From: Tubiluchus corallicola
Taxonomy: Eukaryota > Animalia > Priapulida
Length of the DNA stretch: 23,998 nucleotides
NCBI GenBank assembly: GCA_030141605.1
Contig: JAQGDQ010001827.1
Span: 1 to 23,998, forward strand
Reading direction: 5' to 3'
The notes beneath the pieces are model-generated. The model made no database searches. It saw only the letters and a list, made by a program, of their open reading frames with translations, and had not been told where the DNA came from. A program made the position numbers and the translations under genes. This document shows positions 1-11,292 of the stretch, piece after piece (within the stretch, counting starts at the first letter, position 1; every line of letters begins with the position of its first letter).

Positions 1-3000
1 TTCTATGTTTGATAACAGCAGTGTTTAACCGTTGTGTTGTGCATTTTGTCAAAGTGTTTTGCTACACAATAAAAGTGGTGTCTATACAGAAATAAAGTTT
101 GGCTAATTCTATGTTTTGTAACAGCAGTGTTTAACCATTGTGTTGTGCATTTTGTCAAAGTGTTTTGCTACACAATAAAAGTGGTGTCTATACAGAAATA
201 AAGTTTGGCTAATTCTATGTTTTGTAACAGCAGTGTTTAGCCGTTGTGTTGTGCATTTTGTCAAAGTGTTTTGCTACACAATAAAAGTGGTGTCTATACA
301 GAAATAATGTGTGGGTAATTCTATGTTTGATAACAGCAGTGTTTAGGCACTGTGTTGTGCACTTGGTCAAAGTGTTTTGCTACACAAGAAAAGTGGTGTC
401 TATACAGAAATAGTGTGTGTGTAATTCTATGTTTGGTAACAGCAGTGTTTAAAAGTGTTGTGTTGTGCATTTTGTCAAAGTGTTTTGCTACACAATAAAA
501 GTGGTGACTATACAGGAATAAAGTTTGGCTAATTCTGTGTTCGGTAACAGCAGTGTATAGCCATTGTATTGTGCATTTTGTCAAAGTGTTTTGCTACACA
601 ATAAAAGTGGTGACTACACAGAAATAGTGTGTGGGTAATTCTGTGTTCGGTAACAGCAGTGTTTAGCCACTGTGTTGTGCATTTTGTCAAAGTGTTTTGC
701 TACACAATAAAAGTGGTGACTACACAGAAATAAAGTTTGGCTAATTCTATGTTTGATAACAGCAGTGTTTAACCGTTGTGTTGTGCATTTTGTCAAAGTG
801 TTTACTACACAATAAAAGTGGTGTCTATGCAGAAATAAAGTTTGGCTAATTCTATGTTTGGTAACAGCAGTGTTTAACCGTTGTGTTGTGCATTTTGTCA
901 AAGTGTTTTGCTACACAATAAAAGTGGTGACTACACAGAAATAAAGTTTGGCTAATTGTATGTTTGGTAACAGCAGTGTTTAACCGTTGTGTTGTGCATT
1001 TTGTCAAAGTGTTTTGCTACACAATAAAAGTGGTGACTACACAGAAATAAAGTTTGGCTAATTGTATGTTTTGTAACAGCAGTGTTTAACCGTTGTATTG
1101 TGCATTTTGTCAAAGTGTTTTGCTACACAATAAAAGTGGTGTCTATACAGAAATATAGTTTGGCCAATTCTATGTTTTGTAACAGCAGATGTTTAACCGA
1201 TGTGTTGTGCATTTGTCAAAGTATTTTGCTACACAATAAAAGTGGTGACTACACAGAAATAGTGTGTGGGTAATTCTATGTTCGGTAACAGCAGTGTATA
1301 GCCATTGTATTGTGCATTTTGTCAAAGTGTTTTGCTACACAATAAAAGTGGTGACTACACAGAAATAAAGTTTGGCTAATTCTATGTTTGATAACAGCAG
1401 TGTTTAACCGTTGTGTTGCGCATTTTGTCAAAGTGTTTACTACACAATAAAAGTGGTGTCTATGCAGAAATAAAGTTTGGCTAATTCTATGTTTGGTAAC
1501 AGCAGTGTTTAACCGTTGTGTTGTGCATTTTGTCAAAGTGTTTTGCTACACAATAAAAGTGGTGTCTATGCAGAAATAAAGTTTGGCTAATTCTATGTTT
1601 GGTAACAGCAGTGTTTAACCGTTGTGTTGTGCATTTTGTCAAAGTGTTTTGCTACACAATAAAAGTGGTGTCTATACAGAAATAGTGTGTGTGTAATTCT
1701 ATGTTTGATAACAGCAGTGTTTAGGCACTGTGTTGTGCACTTGGTCAAAGTGTTTTGCTACACAAGAAAAGTGGTGTCTATACAGAAATAGTGTGTGTGT
1801 AATTCTATGTTTGGTAACAGCAGTGTTTAAAAGTGTTGTGTTGTGCATTTTGTCAAAGTGTTTTGCTACACAATAAAAGTGGTGACTATACAGGAATAAA
1901 GTTTGGCTAATTCTGTGTTCGGTAACAGCAGTGTATAGCCATTGTATTGTGCATTTTGTCAAAGTGTTTTGCTACACAATAAAAGTGGTGACTACACAGA
2001 AATAGTGTGTGGGTAATTCTGTGTTCGGTAACAGCAGTGTTTAGCCACTGTGTTGTGCATTTTGTCAAAGTGTTTTGCTACACAATAAAAGTGGTGACTA
2101 CACAGAAATAAAGTTTGGCTAATTCTATGTTTGATAACAGCAGTGTTTAACCGTTGTGTTGTGCATTTTGTCAAAGTGTTTACTACACAATAAAAGTGGT
2201 GTCTATGCAGAAATAAAGTTTGGCTAATTCTATGTTTGGTAACAGCAGTGTTTAACCGTTGTGTTGTGCATTTTGTCAAAGTGTTTTGCTACACAATAAA
2301 AGTGGTGTCTATGCAGAAATAAAGTTTGGCTAATTCTATGTTTGGTAACAGCAGTGTTTAACCGTTGTGTTGTGCATTTTGTCAAAGTGTTTTGCTACAC
2401 AATAAAAGTGGTGTCTATACAGAAATAGTGTGTGTGTAATTCTATGTTTGATAACAGCAGTGTTTAGGCACTGTGTTGTGCACTTGGTCAAAGTGTTTTG
2501 CTACACAAGAAAAGTGGTGTCTATACAGAAATAGTGTGTGTGTAATTCTATGTTTGGTAACAGCAGTGTTTAAAAGTGTTGTGTTGTGCATTTTGTCAAA
2601 GTGTTTTGCTACACAATAAAAGTGGTGACTATACAGGAATAAAGTTTGGCTAATTCTATGTTTGGTAACAGCAGTGTTTAACCGTTGTATTGTGCATTTT
2701 GTCAAAAGTGTTTTGCTAACCAATAAAAGTGGTGACTATACAGAAATAGTGTGTGGTTAATTCTATGTTTTGTAACAGCAGTGTTTATCCATTGTGTTGT
2801 GCATTTTGTCAAAGTGTTTTGCTAGACAATAAAAGTGGTGACTATACAGAAATAAAGTGTAGCTAATTCTATGTTTTGTAACAGCAGTGTTTAGCCGTTG
2901 TGTTGTGCATTTTGTCAAAGTGTTTTGCTACACAATAAAAGTGGTGACTATACAGAAATAAAGTTTGGCTAATTCTATGTTTGATAACAGCAGTGTTTAA

Positions 3001-3999
3001 CCGTTGTGTTGTGCATTTTGTCAAAGTGTTTTGCTACACAATAAAAGTGGTGTCTATGCAGAAATAAAGTTTGGCTAATTCTATGTTTGGTAACAGCAGT
3101 GTTTAACCGTTGTATTGTGCATTTTGTCAAAGTGTTTTGCTAACCAATAAAAGTGGTGACTATACAGAAATAGTGTGTGGTTAATTCTATGTTTTGTAAC
3201 AGCAGTGTTTATCCGTTGTGTTGTGCATTTTGTCAAAGTGTTTTGCTAGACAATAAAAGTGGTGACTATACAGAAATAAAGTGTGGCTAATTCTATGTTT
3301 TGTAACAGCAGTGTTTAACCATTGTGTTGTGCATTTTGTCAAAGTGTTTTGCTACACAATAAAAGTGGTGACTATACAGAAATAAAGTTTGGCTAATTCT
3401 ATGTTTGATAACAGCAGTGTTTAACCATTGTGTTGTGCATTTTGTCAAAGTGTTTTGCTACACAATAAAAGTGGTGTCTATACAGAAATAAAGTTTGGCT
3501 AATTCTATGTTTGGTAACAGCAGTGTTTAACCGTTGTGTTGTGCATTTTGTCAAAGTGTTTTGCTACACAATAAAAGTGGTGTCTATACAGAAATAGTGT
3601 GTGTGTAATTCTATGTTTGATAACAGCAGTGTTTAGGCACTGTGTTGTGCACTTGGTCAAAGTGTTTTGCTACACAAGAAAAGTGGTGTCTATACAGAAA
3701 TAGTGTGTGTGTAATTCTATGTTTGGTAACAGCAGTGTTTAAAAGTCTTGTGTTGTGCATTTTGTCAAAGTGTTTTGCTACACAATAAAAGTGGTGACTA
3801 TACAGGAATAAAGTTTGGCTAATTCTATGTTTGGTAACAGCAGTGTTTAACCGTTGTATTGTGCATTTTGTCAAAGTGTTTTGCTAACCAATAAAAGTGG
3901 TGACTATACAGAAATAGTGTGTGGTTAATTCTATGTTTTGTAACAGCAGTGTTTATCCGTTGTGTTGTGCATTTTGTCAAAGTGTTTTGCTACACAATA
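1..3999. repeat. Satellite array, 106-bp monomer, about 38 copies, continues off the left edge
   Basis: Monomer TTCTATGTTTGATAACAGCAGTGTTTAACCGTTGTGTTGTGCATTTTGTCAAAGTGTTTTGCTACACAATAAAAGTGGTGTCTATACAGAAATAAAGTTTGGCTAA (1-106) repeats head-to-tail with few substitutions and ends at ...GCTACACAATA 3999. Confidence 0.98.
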
Positions 4000-4252
4000 T
4001 AAGTTCTCTACCTATATAAACTGGCTGGATTTCACTTCTAGCCACGCTCTCAGTGACGTGCAGTCGATCTACTTATCTGTCTGACTCACACTCTCAGTGC
4101 AGTGCAGCAGTCGTGATCTTCATTTTACTTGTGTATTTTACTCATGTGTATTTAGTGGAATAAACGTGTTTCAGTTTTTGTGCAAACATGTAATATGGTG
4201 TTCAGTTGTTTTCTACAAGTGTTCCACTTCAACTTCATAACTAACTTTCACA
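4000..4252 (+). mobile_element. LTR-like 3' portion (TATA - R - AATAAA - U5 ending ...TTTCACA)
   Basis: TATATAAA near 4013, AATAAA near 4159, terminal ACTTTCACA at 4252. Collinear homology to 12691-12734 (35/44 ungapped) and to 13905-14085, which ends at the same ACTTTCACA. LTR identity is inferred from layout; no gag/pol or PBS seen. Confidence 0.55.
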
Positions 4253-4339
4253 GAAGACTTGCCAGTAACTTATCTCTGACGGTTTCCGCACGTATCGGTC
4301 TGCCTGTCGAATCAACGAGGCCATTCCACATGTGTTATG

Positions 4340-4808
4340 CAGCGGCGGATTATGATTTTATGGGCCTTAGGCTTGAGCTTGGAACGGGCCTTTTAAATGT
4401 TGCTACACTGCTGAGCTGACGTGTTTTTGTGGAGCTCTCGTCGTTTGTAAGTTTGTTTAATTTTGTGAGTTTTTGCCCACCGATTGTGATAAAATGGACT
4501 TTTCAGAAATTATAAATGACTTTGCCCCCAGGGAACGGAAACTGAAATTTTGAACTTAAACTTAAACTGTGTAAACGTGAATTGTGTAAACTTAAATTGT
4601 GTAAACTTGAATTGTGTAAACTTAAATTGTGTAAACTTGATTTGTGTAAACCCGATTTGAAATATAGTGACTGACTTTTGAAAAAAGAGCCCCTTGCTCT
4701 TTTGTCACTTTATTTTTTTTTTTAGAAAAAAAATTTTTTCGTTTTATTTTGGCGGGCCCCTTTTGATCCCGGGCCTTAGGCTTCAGCCTATAGGGCTATC
4801 CGCTACAG
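4340..4808 (+). mobile_element. hAT-type MITE family A, copy 1 (469 bp)
   Basis: Imperfect TIR CAGCGGCGGAT / ATCCGCTACAG; 8-bp TSD GTGTTATG at 4332-4339 and 4809-4816; internal 15-bp repeats AAACTTGAATTGTGT; near-identical to copies at 6778 and 8451. Confidence 0.93.
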
Positions 4809-5292
4809 GTGTTATGCGAAGCTGATATGCAATGGTTTCGTAACGGATTAAACTATCACAATAGCGGCAGGAGGTTTTCGCCGTCGTAACAATATTATAA
4901 GCTCAAAAGTCTCAATATATTGCAACGTTGTTTGCTTATTAATTTAATAAATTCGCTAAATAGCTTTCTAGTGTCACTACCGGTTTCTCCTTTTCGTAAT
5001 TAGAATCGTCTAAGAGGTCTTTTGATTACGAGGCGCCGAAATAAGTTTTTTCCTAGTGTGCCAGACAACTTTGTAGAGAATGTCGTGCAAACGTGCCTAA
5101 AAATAAACGATTTAGTAAAAATAAAATCTGTGTTGACTGTATTTAAACGTGTTTACAGAGTGTTAGCGAAACGAAAGGCTTTTGATATATAAAAATGTAG
5201 ATATGATACACTTACAGATTAAAATGCAGCTGTTTTTTCAATAGAAAGTGCAAGGAAATGAGTTGACACTCGAATTTCATCGCTTTGTTTAA

Positions 5293-5570
5293 AGGACAAG
5301 AAAAGAGGTATCTGAAGTAGGTTTCAGAAAAAATCATTTATAAAATTATAGCAGTTTGTAATACTCGCGTTGAGAGGATTATTTAATTATTTATTATTGT
5401 AACTAGAATAGAAAATTATTAATTATTTAAAATGTTTTCACCAATTGGTAGCATGTCGTTGACTCACCGCCAGGTTGCACCACTCACTAACCAAAAAATG
5501 TATTTTTAAGCTTCTTGTGTTTTAATCGAAGAAATATAGATAGTCAAAAGATTAAAAAATTGTTTTCCCT
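5293..5570 (+). mobile_element. Degenerate TTAA-flanked (Kolobok-like) non-autonomous element
   Basis: TTAA|AGGACAAG...TTTTCCCT|TTAG ends. Segments 5288-5335 and 5399-5508 match 19001-19045 and 18646-18757 in inverted orientation. Superfamily assignment is tentative. Confidence 0.5.
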
Positions 5571-5996
5571 TTAGCATTTATGATTACACAAATACTTTGT
5601 GGCAAAGAGCAAAACAAAAGCATCACCTAGACAAACTGTTACTTTCAAGAAATTTATTTTAATTAAAGTTGTCTTTTTGTAATGAATAAATTTAATAATA
5701 AAATTATTCACAGTGACCTATATAACCAAAATCAAGAAGAGCATGGTCCCCCAAAATTTCAAAACCAGAAAACTTTTAAAGGTTTTTTTACTTTCTCCAT
5801 TTACCGTGAAATTTCATCAACATCCTTTGAATATTTCTCTGTTACTTAGCAACCAAGATCTTGTCTGATAATCCCTCATTAACCTTCGCGATCAAAGAGG
5901 CCTACCAAACGGCATCCCGATTAAGAAAATTTGTTACTGTCAATCAAGCATTTTTGCTAAATTAAGGATTGTAACAATACTGATTCTATTACTCTT

Positions 5997-6574
5997 CTAG
6001 CATGAGACATGACGTTGCAGGAGTATTTCCGTGGCCATTTATCTTGTTTGAGGCAATTTGTCTAAAAACATGAACCAATGGGGAATAGATAGCCAATATT
6101 TCAATAAAATCACGTCATAAATTCGTGATAGTGAAGCGCGTGGCAATTAAACATAATTTAGATTAATTAATTTAAAACCTTAATCAACCAGTCAACGTAC
6201 TGATTACTATCCGCGCAAACAACTGTTGATAAAGCTTAAATTTTTATACGAAAATTTAACGAACTGAAGGCGTAATAATAACAATGCTACACCCACCGCT
6301 GAACGGGCTATCTATCCATACCCAGCACCCCCCTCGGCCCGTTCCCGTTCTCTACATCTCAGCCGTATAACTTTTGCAAAAAACGGCCGAAAAATGGCCA
6401 TTTTTGAAGGTTTTTCGCCCCCCCCCCTTCCTCCCGGTGGGCCCAATTCGAAAAATAAACCATCAATGGCACGACACTAGATCGAGACCTTTCGTTTGAT
6501 ATACAGATCGCCGCGAATGGTGCCCTCGTCCGGGCTGTAGCCTCGAATCTTATATATATATAAATATATTAAGA
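5997..6574 (-). mobile_element. Possible degenerate Helitron/Helentron-type non-autonomous element
   Basis: Minus-strand 5' A|TCTTAATATATTTATATATATA at 6574; candidate CTAG 3' end at 5997-6000 with a decayed hairpin; internal CTAGATCGAGACCTTTCGTTTGATA resembles such elements from memory. Boundaries uncertain. Confidence 0.3.
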
Positions 6575-6777
6575 TACCAAGAATATTAATGTAAGAGATT
6601 CAAGATAATCAGCCGAGCACGACGATTACGTGCCTGAATGATTGCAAAGTTCTTTTGATTGTCCGGAAAAGAAAGCACTCGATTCTTCGTCGGATTCTAT
6701 AGAAAGACGACAAAAGACGTAGCGAAAATTTTTCCTAAAATCCGTACTGGCCACACTATATACATAAAAGTTAATGG

Positions 6778-7488
6778 CAGTGGCGGATTATGATTTTATG
6801 GGCCTTAGGCTTGAGCTTGGAACGGGCCTTTTAAATGTTGCTACACTGCTGAGCTGACGTGTTTTTGTGGAGCTCTCGTGGTTTGTAAGTTTGTTTAATT
6901 TTGTGAGTTTTTGCCCACCGATTGTGATAAAAATTACATCTTCTTGATCCTTGAGTTGTGGACTAGGACTATATAAACACGATTACAGCTTAGTGAGTTT
7001 CTGGGTTAGATGTCAACTAAAATAAGCCAATCAGAAACTCTGAAAGTAACTTTAGTTTCTTTCTAGTTTCTTACTAATTTCTTATATCTCTAAAGGATGA
7101 CAAATTAAACAATTTATCACTGATGCATATTGAGTCAGATATGTTGAAAAAATGGACTTTTCAGAAATTATAACTGACTTTGCCCCCAGAAAAATTCGGA
7201 AACTGAAATTTTGAACTTAAACTTAAACTGTGTAAACGTGAATTGTGTAAACTTGAATTGTGTAAACTTGATTTGTGTAAACTTGATTTGTGTAAACCCG
7301 ATTTGAAATATAGTGACTGACTTTTGAAAAAAAAACTTTTTTCTATATTTGATTTTGGCGGGCCCCTTGCTCTTTTGTCAATTTATTTTTTTTACAAAAA
7401 AATTTTTTTTCGTTTTATATTGCCGGGCCCCTTTTGATCCCGGGCCTTAGGCTTCAGCCTATTCAGCCTATAGGGCTATCGGCTACAG
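6778..7488 (+). mobile_element. hAT-type MITE family A, copy 2 (711 bp, longest), inserted in GPCR TM7
   Basis: CAGTGGCGGAT...ATCGGCTACAG; TSD GTTAATGG at 6770-6777 and 7489-7496. Confidence 0.95.
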
Positions 7489-8450
7489 GTTAATGGCGTG
7501 ATTCGCTGTTTCTAAACAGTTGGTCACAGACATGAACACGTGGAAAGGGTAGGTCTTGTACAGTGCTTCACTTAGCAAACAAGCAGCTATTACCGCTGGA
7601 ACAGTGCAGATGAAGAATATGGCTACAATGCAGAATAGAAGGATGAGTAGACGTCGCTCGCCTCCTCCCATTCTCTGTCCAAAATCTACGGTCCTTTTTC
7701 GCAGCTTTTTGAGTTTTCGCTGACGTCGACTGTATTTACAGCAAATGCTAGCGTTCAGAATTAGTACAGTAGTGATGGGAATGAACTTTGTCAGGATTTC
7801 TTTTGTCCACACCCAGACGGGCTTGTACCAGATATTTTTGTACACATCCTGGTTGAAGATGACGTCATATCGGGTGACGTTCATTCCGCCATCTATCGTG
7901 TTGTTGCCGCTTTGGACCATAGTCTCCTTCACCACGCAATGGACAACGTATGGCACGTGAAGCAAAAATTAACACACGTAGATGCAAAACACCAATATCT
8001 TAGCGTGGTAAAACGTTCGCCAGTCTTTGGTGACCATTGGGTGGCAGATCGCGAAGAAACGGTCCAAGGTAAGGGCCACTACTAGAAGATCACTGGCACA
8101 AATAAAGCCGTTGATAAGCAGCAATTGCCAGTGCGCTGTGTAGCGTGCCATGTGAATAGTGTTCGGCATTGCCACTAGGGGCGCTTTGTTCATTGCGAAG
8201 GGAATCATCAAGATCATGATGAATAAGTCTGCGATTGCCATCCAGCGAATGTACACGTAAGGAACGGATTGCAGATTTTTGCCTTTACACAACACAATGA
8301 GATTAAGGCTATTGCCAACTACACCAAACAAGCAAATTAGTGGAATTGCGAATGTATACGTGTGAAAATTCAGCTTTCGTATTTCTGCGTCGTAGTTAGC
8401 GTTCACACGAGGTACGTCCGAGTCAGATGAATCACCAGACGTGTTGTAGG

Positions 8451-8851
8451 CAGTGGCGGATTATGATTTTATGGGCCTTAGGCTTGAGCTTGGAACGGGC
8501 CTTTTAAATGTTGCTACACTGCTGAGCTGACGTGTTTTTGTGGAGCTCTCGTCGTTTTTTGGAGCCCTCGAAATTTTGAACTTAAACTTAAACTGTGTAA
8601 ACGTGAATTGTGTAAACTTGAATTGTGTAAACTTAAATTGTGTAAACTTGATTTGTGTAAACCCGATTTGAAATATAGTGACTGACTTTTGAAAAAAAAA
8701 CTTTTTTCTATATTTTATTTTGGCGGGCCCCTTGCTCTTTTGTCAATTTATTTTTTTTACAAAAAAAAAATTTCGTTTTATTTTGCCGGGCCCCTTTTGA
8801 TCCCGGGCCTTAGGCTTCAGCCTATTCAGCCTATAGGGCTATCCGCTACAG
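8451..8851 (+). mobile_element. hAT-type MITE family A, copy 3 (401 bp), inserted in GPCR N-terminus
   Basis: CAGTGGCGGAT...ATCCGCTACAG; TSD GTTGTAGG at 8443-8450 and 8852-8859. Confidence 0.95.
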
Positions 8852-8945
8852 GTTGTAGGATATGTGATCCAACGACATAAGCGACGACACCACTTTGGCC
8901 GCCATCTTTCTGAGAGTGGTTGTTACGTCGAACACAATGCGAACT

Positions 8946-8976
8946 CTGAAACAAACGAAAAATACAAAGTTATTAC
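8946..8976 (-). promoter_or_regulatory. Putative 3' splice acceptor of a GPCR 5'-UTR intron
   Basis: Minus strand GTAATAACTTTGTATTTTTCGTTTGTTTCAG|AG: branch-like TAATAAC, T-rich tract and CAG, 40 nt upstream of the ATG at 8905. Confidence 0.5.
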
Positions 8977-9069
8977 GTTTATAAAATAGACGAGTATGTG
9001 ACGAGTGGATAAGCTAACGCTTCTATTTCCGTGTCGTGCAAATTACTGGGCTCGATACTCACTCTAGGC

Positions 9070-9430
9070 CAGTGGTTCCCAAAGTAGGGGTAAATTACCC
9101 CCCGGGGGTGATATGGTTTGGGGGGGGGGGTAACGGGCACCCCTCTGAAAATTTTTAAAACTTCGCTCGGAATGCATTTTACGTAGTTTTCTTCTTGAAG
9201 AGATTGAAGGTTCAGTAATTGTAATTCTTGTTTTGGCAACAGTACAACAACAACACCTGGAAATTTATTTATGTCACGAGCAAACATAAATAATTTTGCT
9301 TGCTTGTGGCACATACGTGTGTTTACTTTTTGAGTTGGAGAAGTAGTACTAGGTGGGGGGGGGGGGGGGTAATGGACACGACCGGGTTTCCCGATTTGGG
9401 TAACGGTCCGAGAAAGTTTGGGAACCACTG
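9070..9430. mobile_element. hAT (Charlie/Buster-like) MITE
   Basis: 14-bp perfect TIR CAGTGGTTCCCAAA / TTTGGGAACCACTG; TSD CTCTAGGC (9062-9069, 9431-9438) with central TA. Confidence 0.95.
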
Positions 9431-9928
9431 CTCTAGGCGGTATCATCCATTAACCTTGGGTTATTTGCGTACATCTGAACGTGGCTGAGGCATCTGTACG
9501 GGCTCAGCAGTTCATCTGGGATGTTGATAACGAATCAGGCTTCGGTCACGCTATAAACGTTTTCTTGAAGGCTCTGCCTTTAAGCGTTTTCAGGCGTGTA
9601 TTAAAACACAGTAGGGTTTGCTAATGTTTATGATATCGCGGGACCTAAACCTACCTTATTATGAAAGACATCTGCGACCAGGCAGGTGTTTTACTCAAGT
9701 TCGAGAACGAGAACGTTCGTAAACGACTAGTTTCCCAAGTCAGTCAGATGAAACCCAGCAGACGAAACCACCTTGAGCCTTATAGTTTTTATTGGTGATT
9801 ACCCGTTCATTTTGCTAGTTATTCCCCTACCTCAGTCCAAAAATTTGGATAAACATGGTTACACTTGCCCGTCTGCAAGTTCTATTGTCACTGAATAAGA
9901 ATGGCACACATGGCATGAAATGGCAGTA

Positions 9929-10469
9929 CAGTGGACTCTCGTTACAAGACTCACGCGTATAAGAATCAGCTCGATATAAGAATCAAAATCGCGTTTCCCG
10001 AATTGAATCTGCATTTTCCTAGTGAAAATCCGCTCGTATAAGAATCACCCTTCTTTCGATAGTAGAATCAATTTTGGCGCCAACTCCATTGTCTCTCACG
10101 CCCTGCTTACATGGTTCTGCGCAGTAGGCGTGGCGGACACCACAGAGATTTCAAATTTGTTTGTTTACGTGTCAGTCAGTTGAAATGCACATGCACATGA
10201 AAATTAAAAAATTTTAAGACAATTCTGGCATCATGAAATATTTACCCAACCATGAAATAAAAACATTAGTCTAGGAATTTTTAGGTCCTTTTTAGGCCAG
10301 AAAAACATGCTGTTTCATGTCGTTTCTAGCGTAATTTCGGGAAATAAATAATTTTTATGTGCATTAAATTTTTTTAAAGCAATTCTGGGTCATGCTCGTT
10401 ATAAGAATCGCTCGTTATAAGGATCACTTTGCCTTCTCCCGAGGTGATGCTTATAACGAGAGTCCACTG
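9929..10469. mobile_element. Tc1/mariner (pogo/Tigger-like) MITE
   Basis: TIR CAGTGGACTCTCGTTACAAG / CTTATAACGAGAGTCCACTG (19/20), TA on both sides, subterminal CTCG(T)TATAAGAATC repeats. Confidence 0.93.
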
Positions 10470-11005
10470 TACCTTATGGATATACTCATGTTAATCATGA
10501 CAAAAAACAGAAACGACTGCTTTATGTACAAACCAGCAATCTTAATTTGCCTGAGAATGCGAAAACTCGTCAGCTCAGGCTTATTTGAATTAGGCGAAAT
10601 AATAAAATAAGTTTTTTGTTTAATTTAGAAACAGCTTAATTATCAAGATTAATAACAATTACGCGTTGCCATGCAACACAAGGTGACTATACCACACTGA
10701 TATTACTTGGTAGACAATGTTATCAATAAAAAGGCCCTGTTTCGTCCATGAACTGTTAAAAGATCATTTTTGTTCGCGTTCGTAAACAGTAAAGAGTAAA
10801 ATTAAATGTAATCTATTTTTCTTGTTGGGTTGTTGATGAAAAGAACAAAGGGTGATTTGTACGCCTTCCTCTCTTTAAAAGGCAACACAATACAAATAAC
10901 AGACCAACGCGCGCATGCAGAAAGAGGGAAAATAACAATCTAAATCTAGACACAAAACTGCGCTCTTTTTTAGACTTGTTTTCAACACGCTAATGTGCAT
11001 GTAGT

Positions 11006-11212
11006 CAGGGCCTATTTCAGCCTAGCCGAGGCCCGGGGAAGTGGTGTATGTGAGGCCCCATGGAGGGGGGGGGGGGTGAAGCGCCGGGGGGTTGGCGCAC
11101 AGAAAATGTTTGAACAGCTAGAACGCCGAAGAAGCATTTTCGAAGAGAAAATATGGAGTTGTTAACAGTTAAAAGAAAGAACAATTGAAAGAAAAACTGC
11201 TTTATTCTCAAG

Positions 11213-11282
<70 letters not shown>

Positions 11283-11292
11283 GAGAGAGAGA
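11006..11292 (+). mobile_element. hAT-type MITE family B, left half truncated at its (GA)n tract
   Basis: Starts CAGGGCCTATTTCAGCCTA; inverted homology to about 15435-15647; ends in (GA)n at about 11217-11292 with no right TIR. Confidence 0.85.

Larger units (their letters stand above)
6626..8905 (-). pseudogene. Class A (rhodopsin-like) GPCR of FMRFamide/peptide-receptor-like type with uninterrupted ancestral CDS, disrupted by two MITEs and one nonsense codon
   Basis: Removing each MITE plus one TSD joins one frame: MAAKVVSSLMSLDHISYN|TSGDSSDSDVPRVNANYD...GVVGNSLNLIVL (TM1 GN)...MAIADL (TM2)...LTLDRFFAICHP (DRY-like)...IYVC*FLLHVP (TAA 7969-7971)...FFICTVP (TM6)...NHAIN|FYVYSVASTDFRKNF (TM7 and helix 8)...NHSGT* (stop 6626-6628). 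1152 nt, 383 codons plus terminal stop. Confidence 0.93.

Noticed and set aside
1-3999. CRISPR-like array, or protein-coding ORFs (MTKCT...) in the satellite
   Set aside because: Monomers are contiguous with no unique spacers and no cas genes; ORFs are frame-rotating translations of a 106-bp unit.
7969-7971. Alternative genetic code (TAA as sense)
   Set aside because: Single instance in a gene already disrupted twice; the same gene terminates with TAA.
6770-8859. MITEs as functional introns of the GPCR itself
   Set aside because: On the coding (minus) strand no placement within the TSDs gives GT-AG, GC-AG or AT-AC ends, and an independent in-frame stop is present.
8979-9488. 155-aa and 62-aa ORFs; likewise 19549-20146
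   Set aside because: They span non-coding MITEs across their boundaries and show no transposase motifs.
9725-9780. Hammerhead-like CAGATGA...GACGAAAC
   Set aside because: Core is CAGATGA rather than CTGATGA, and no consistent stems I-III could be drawn.
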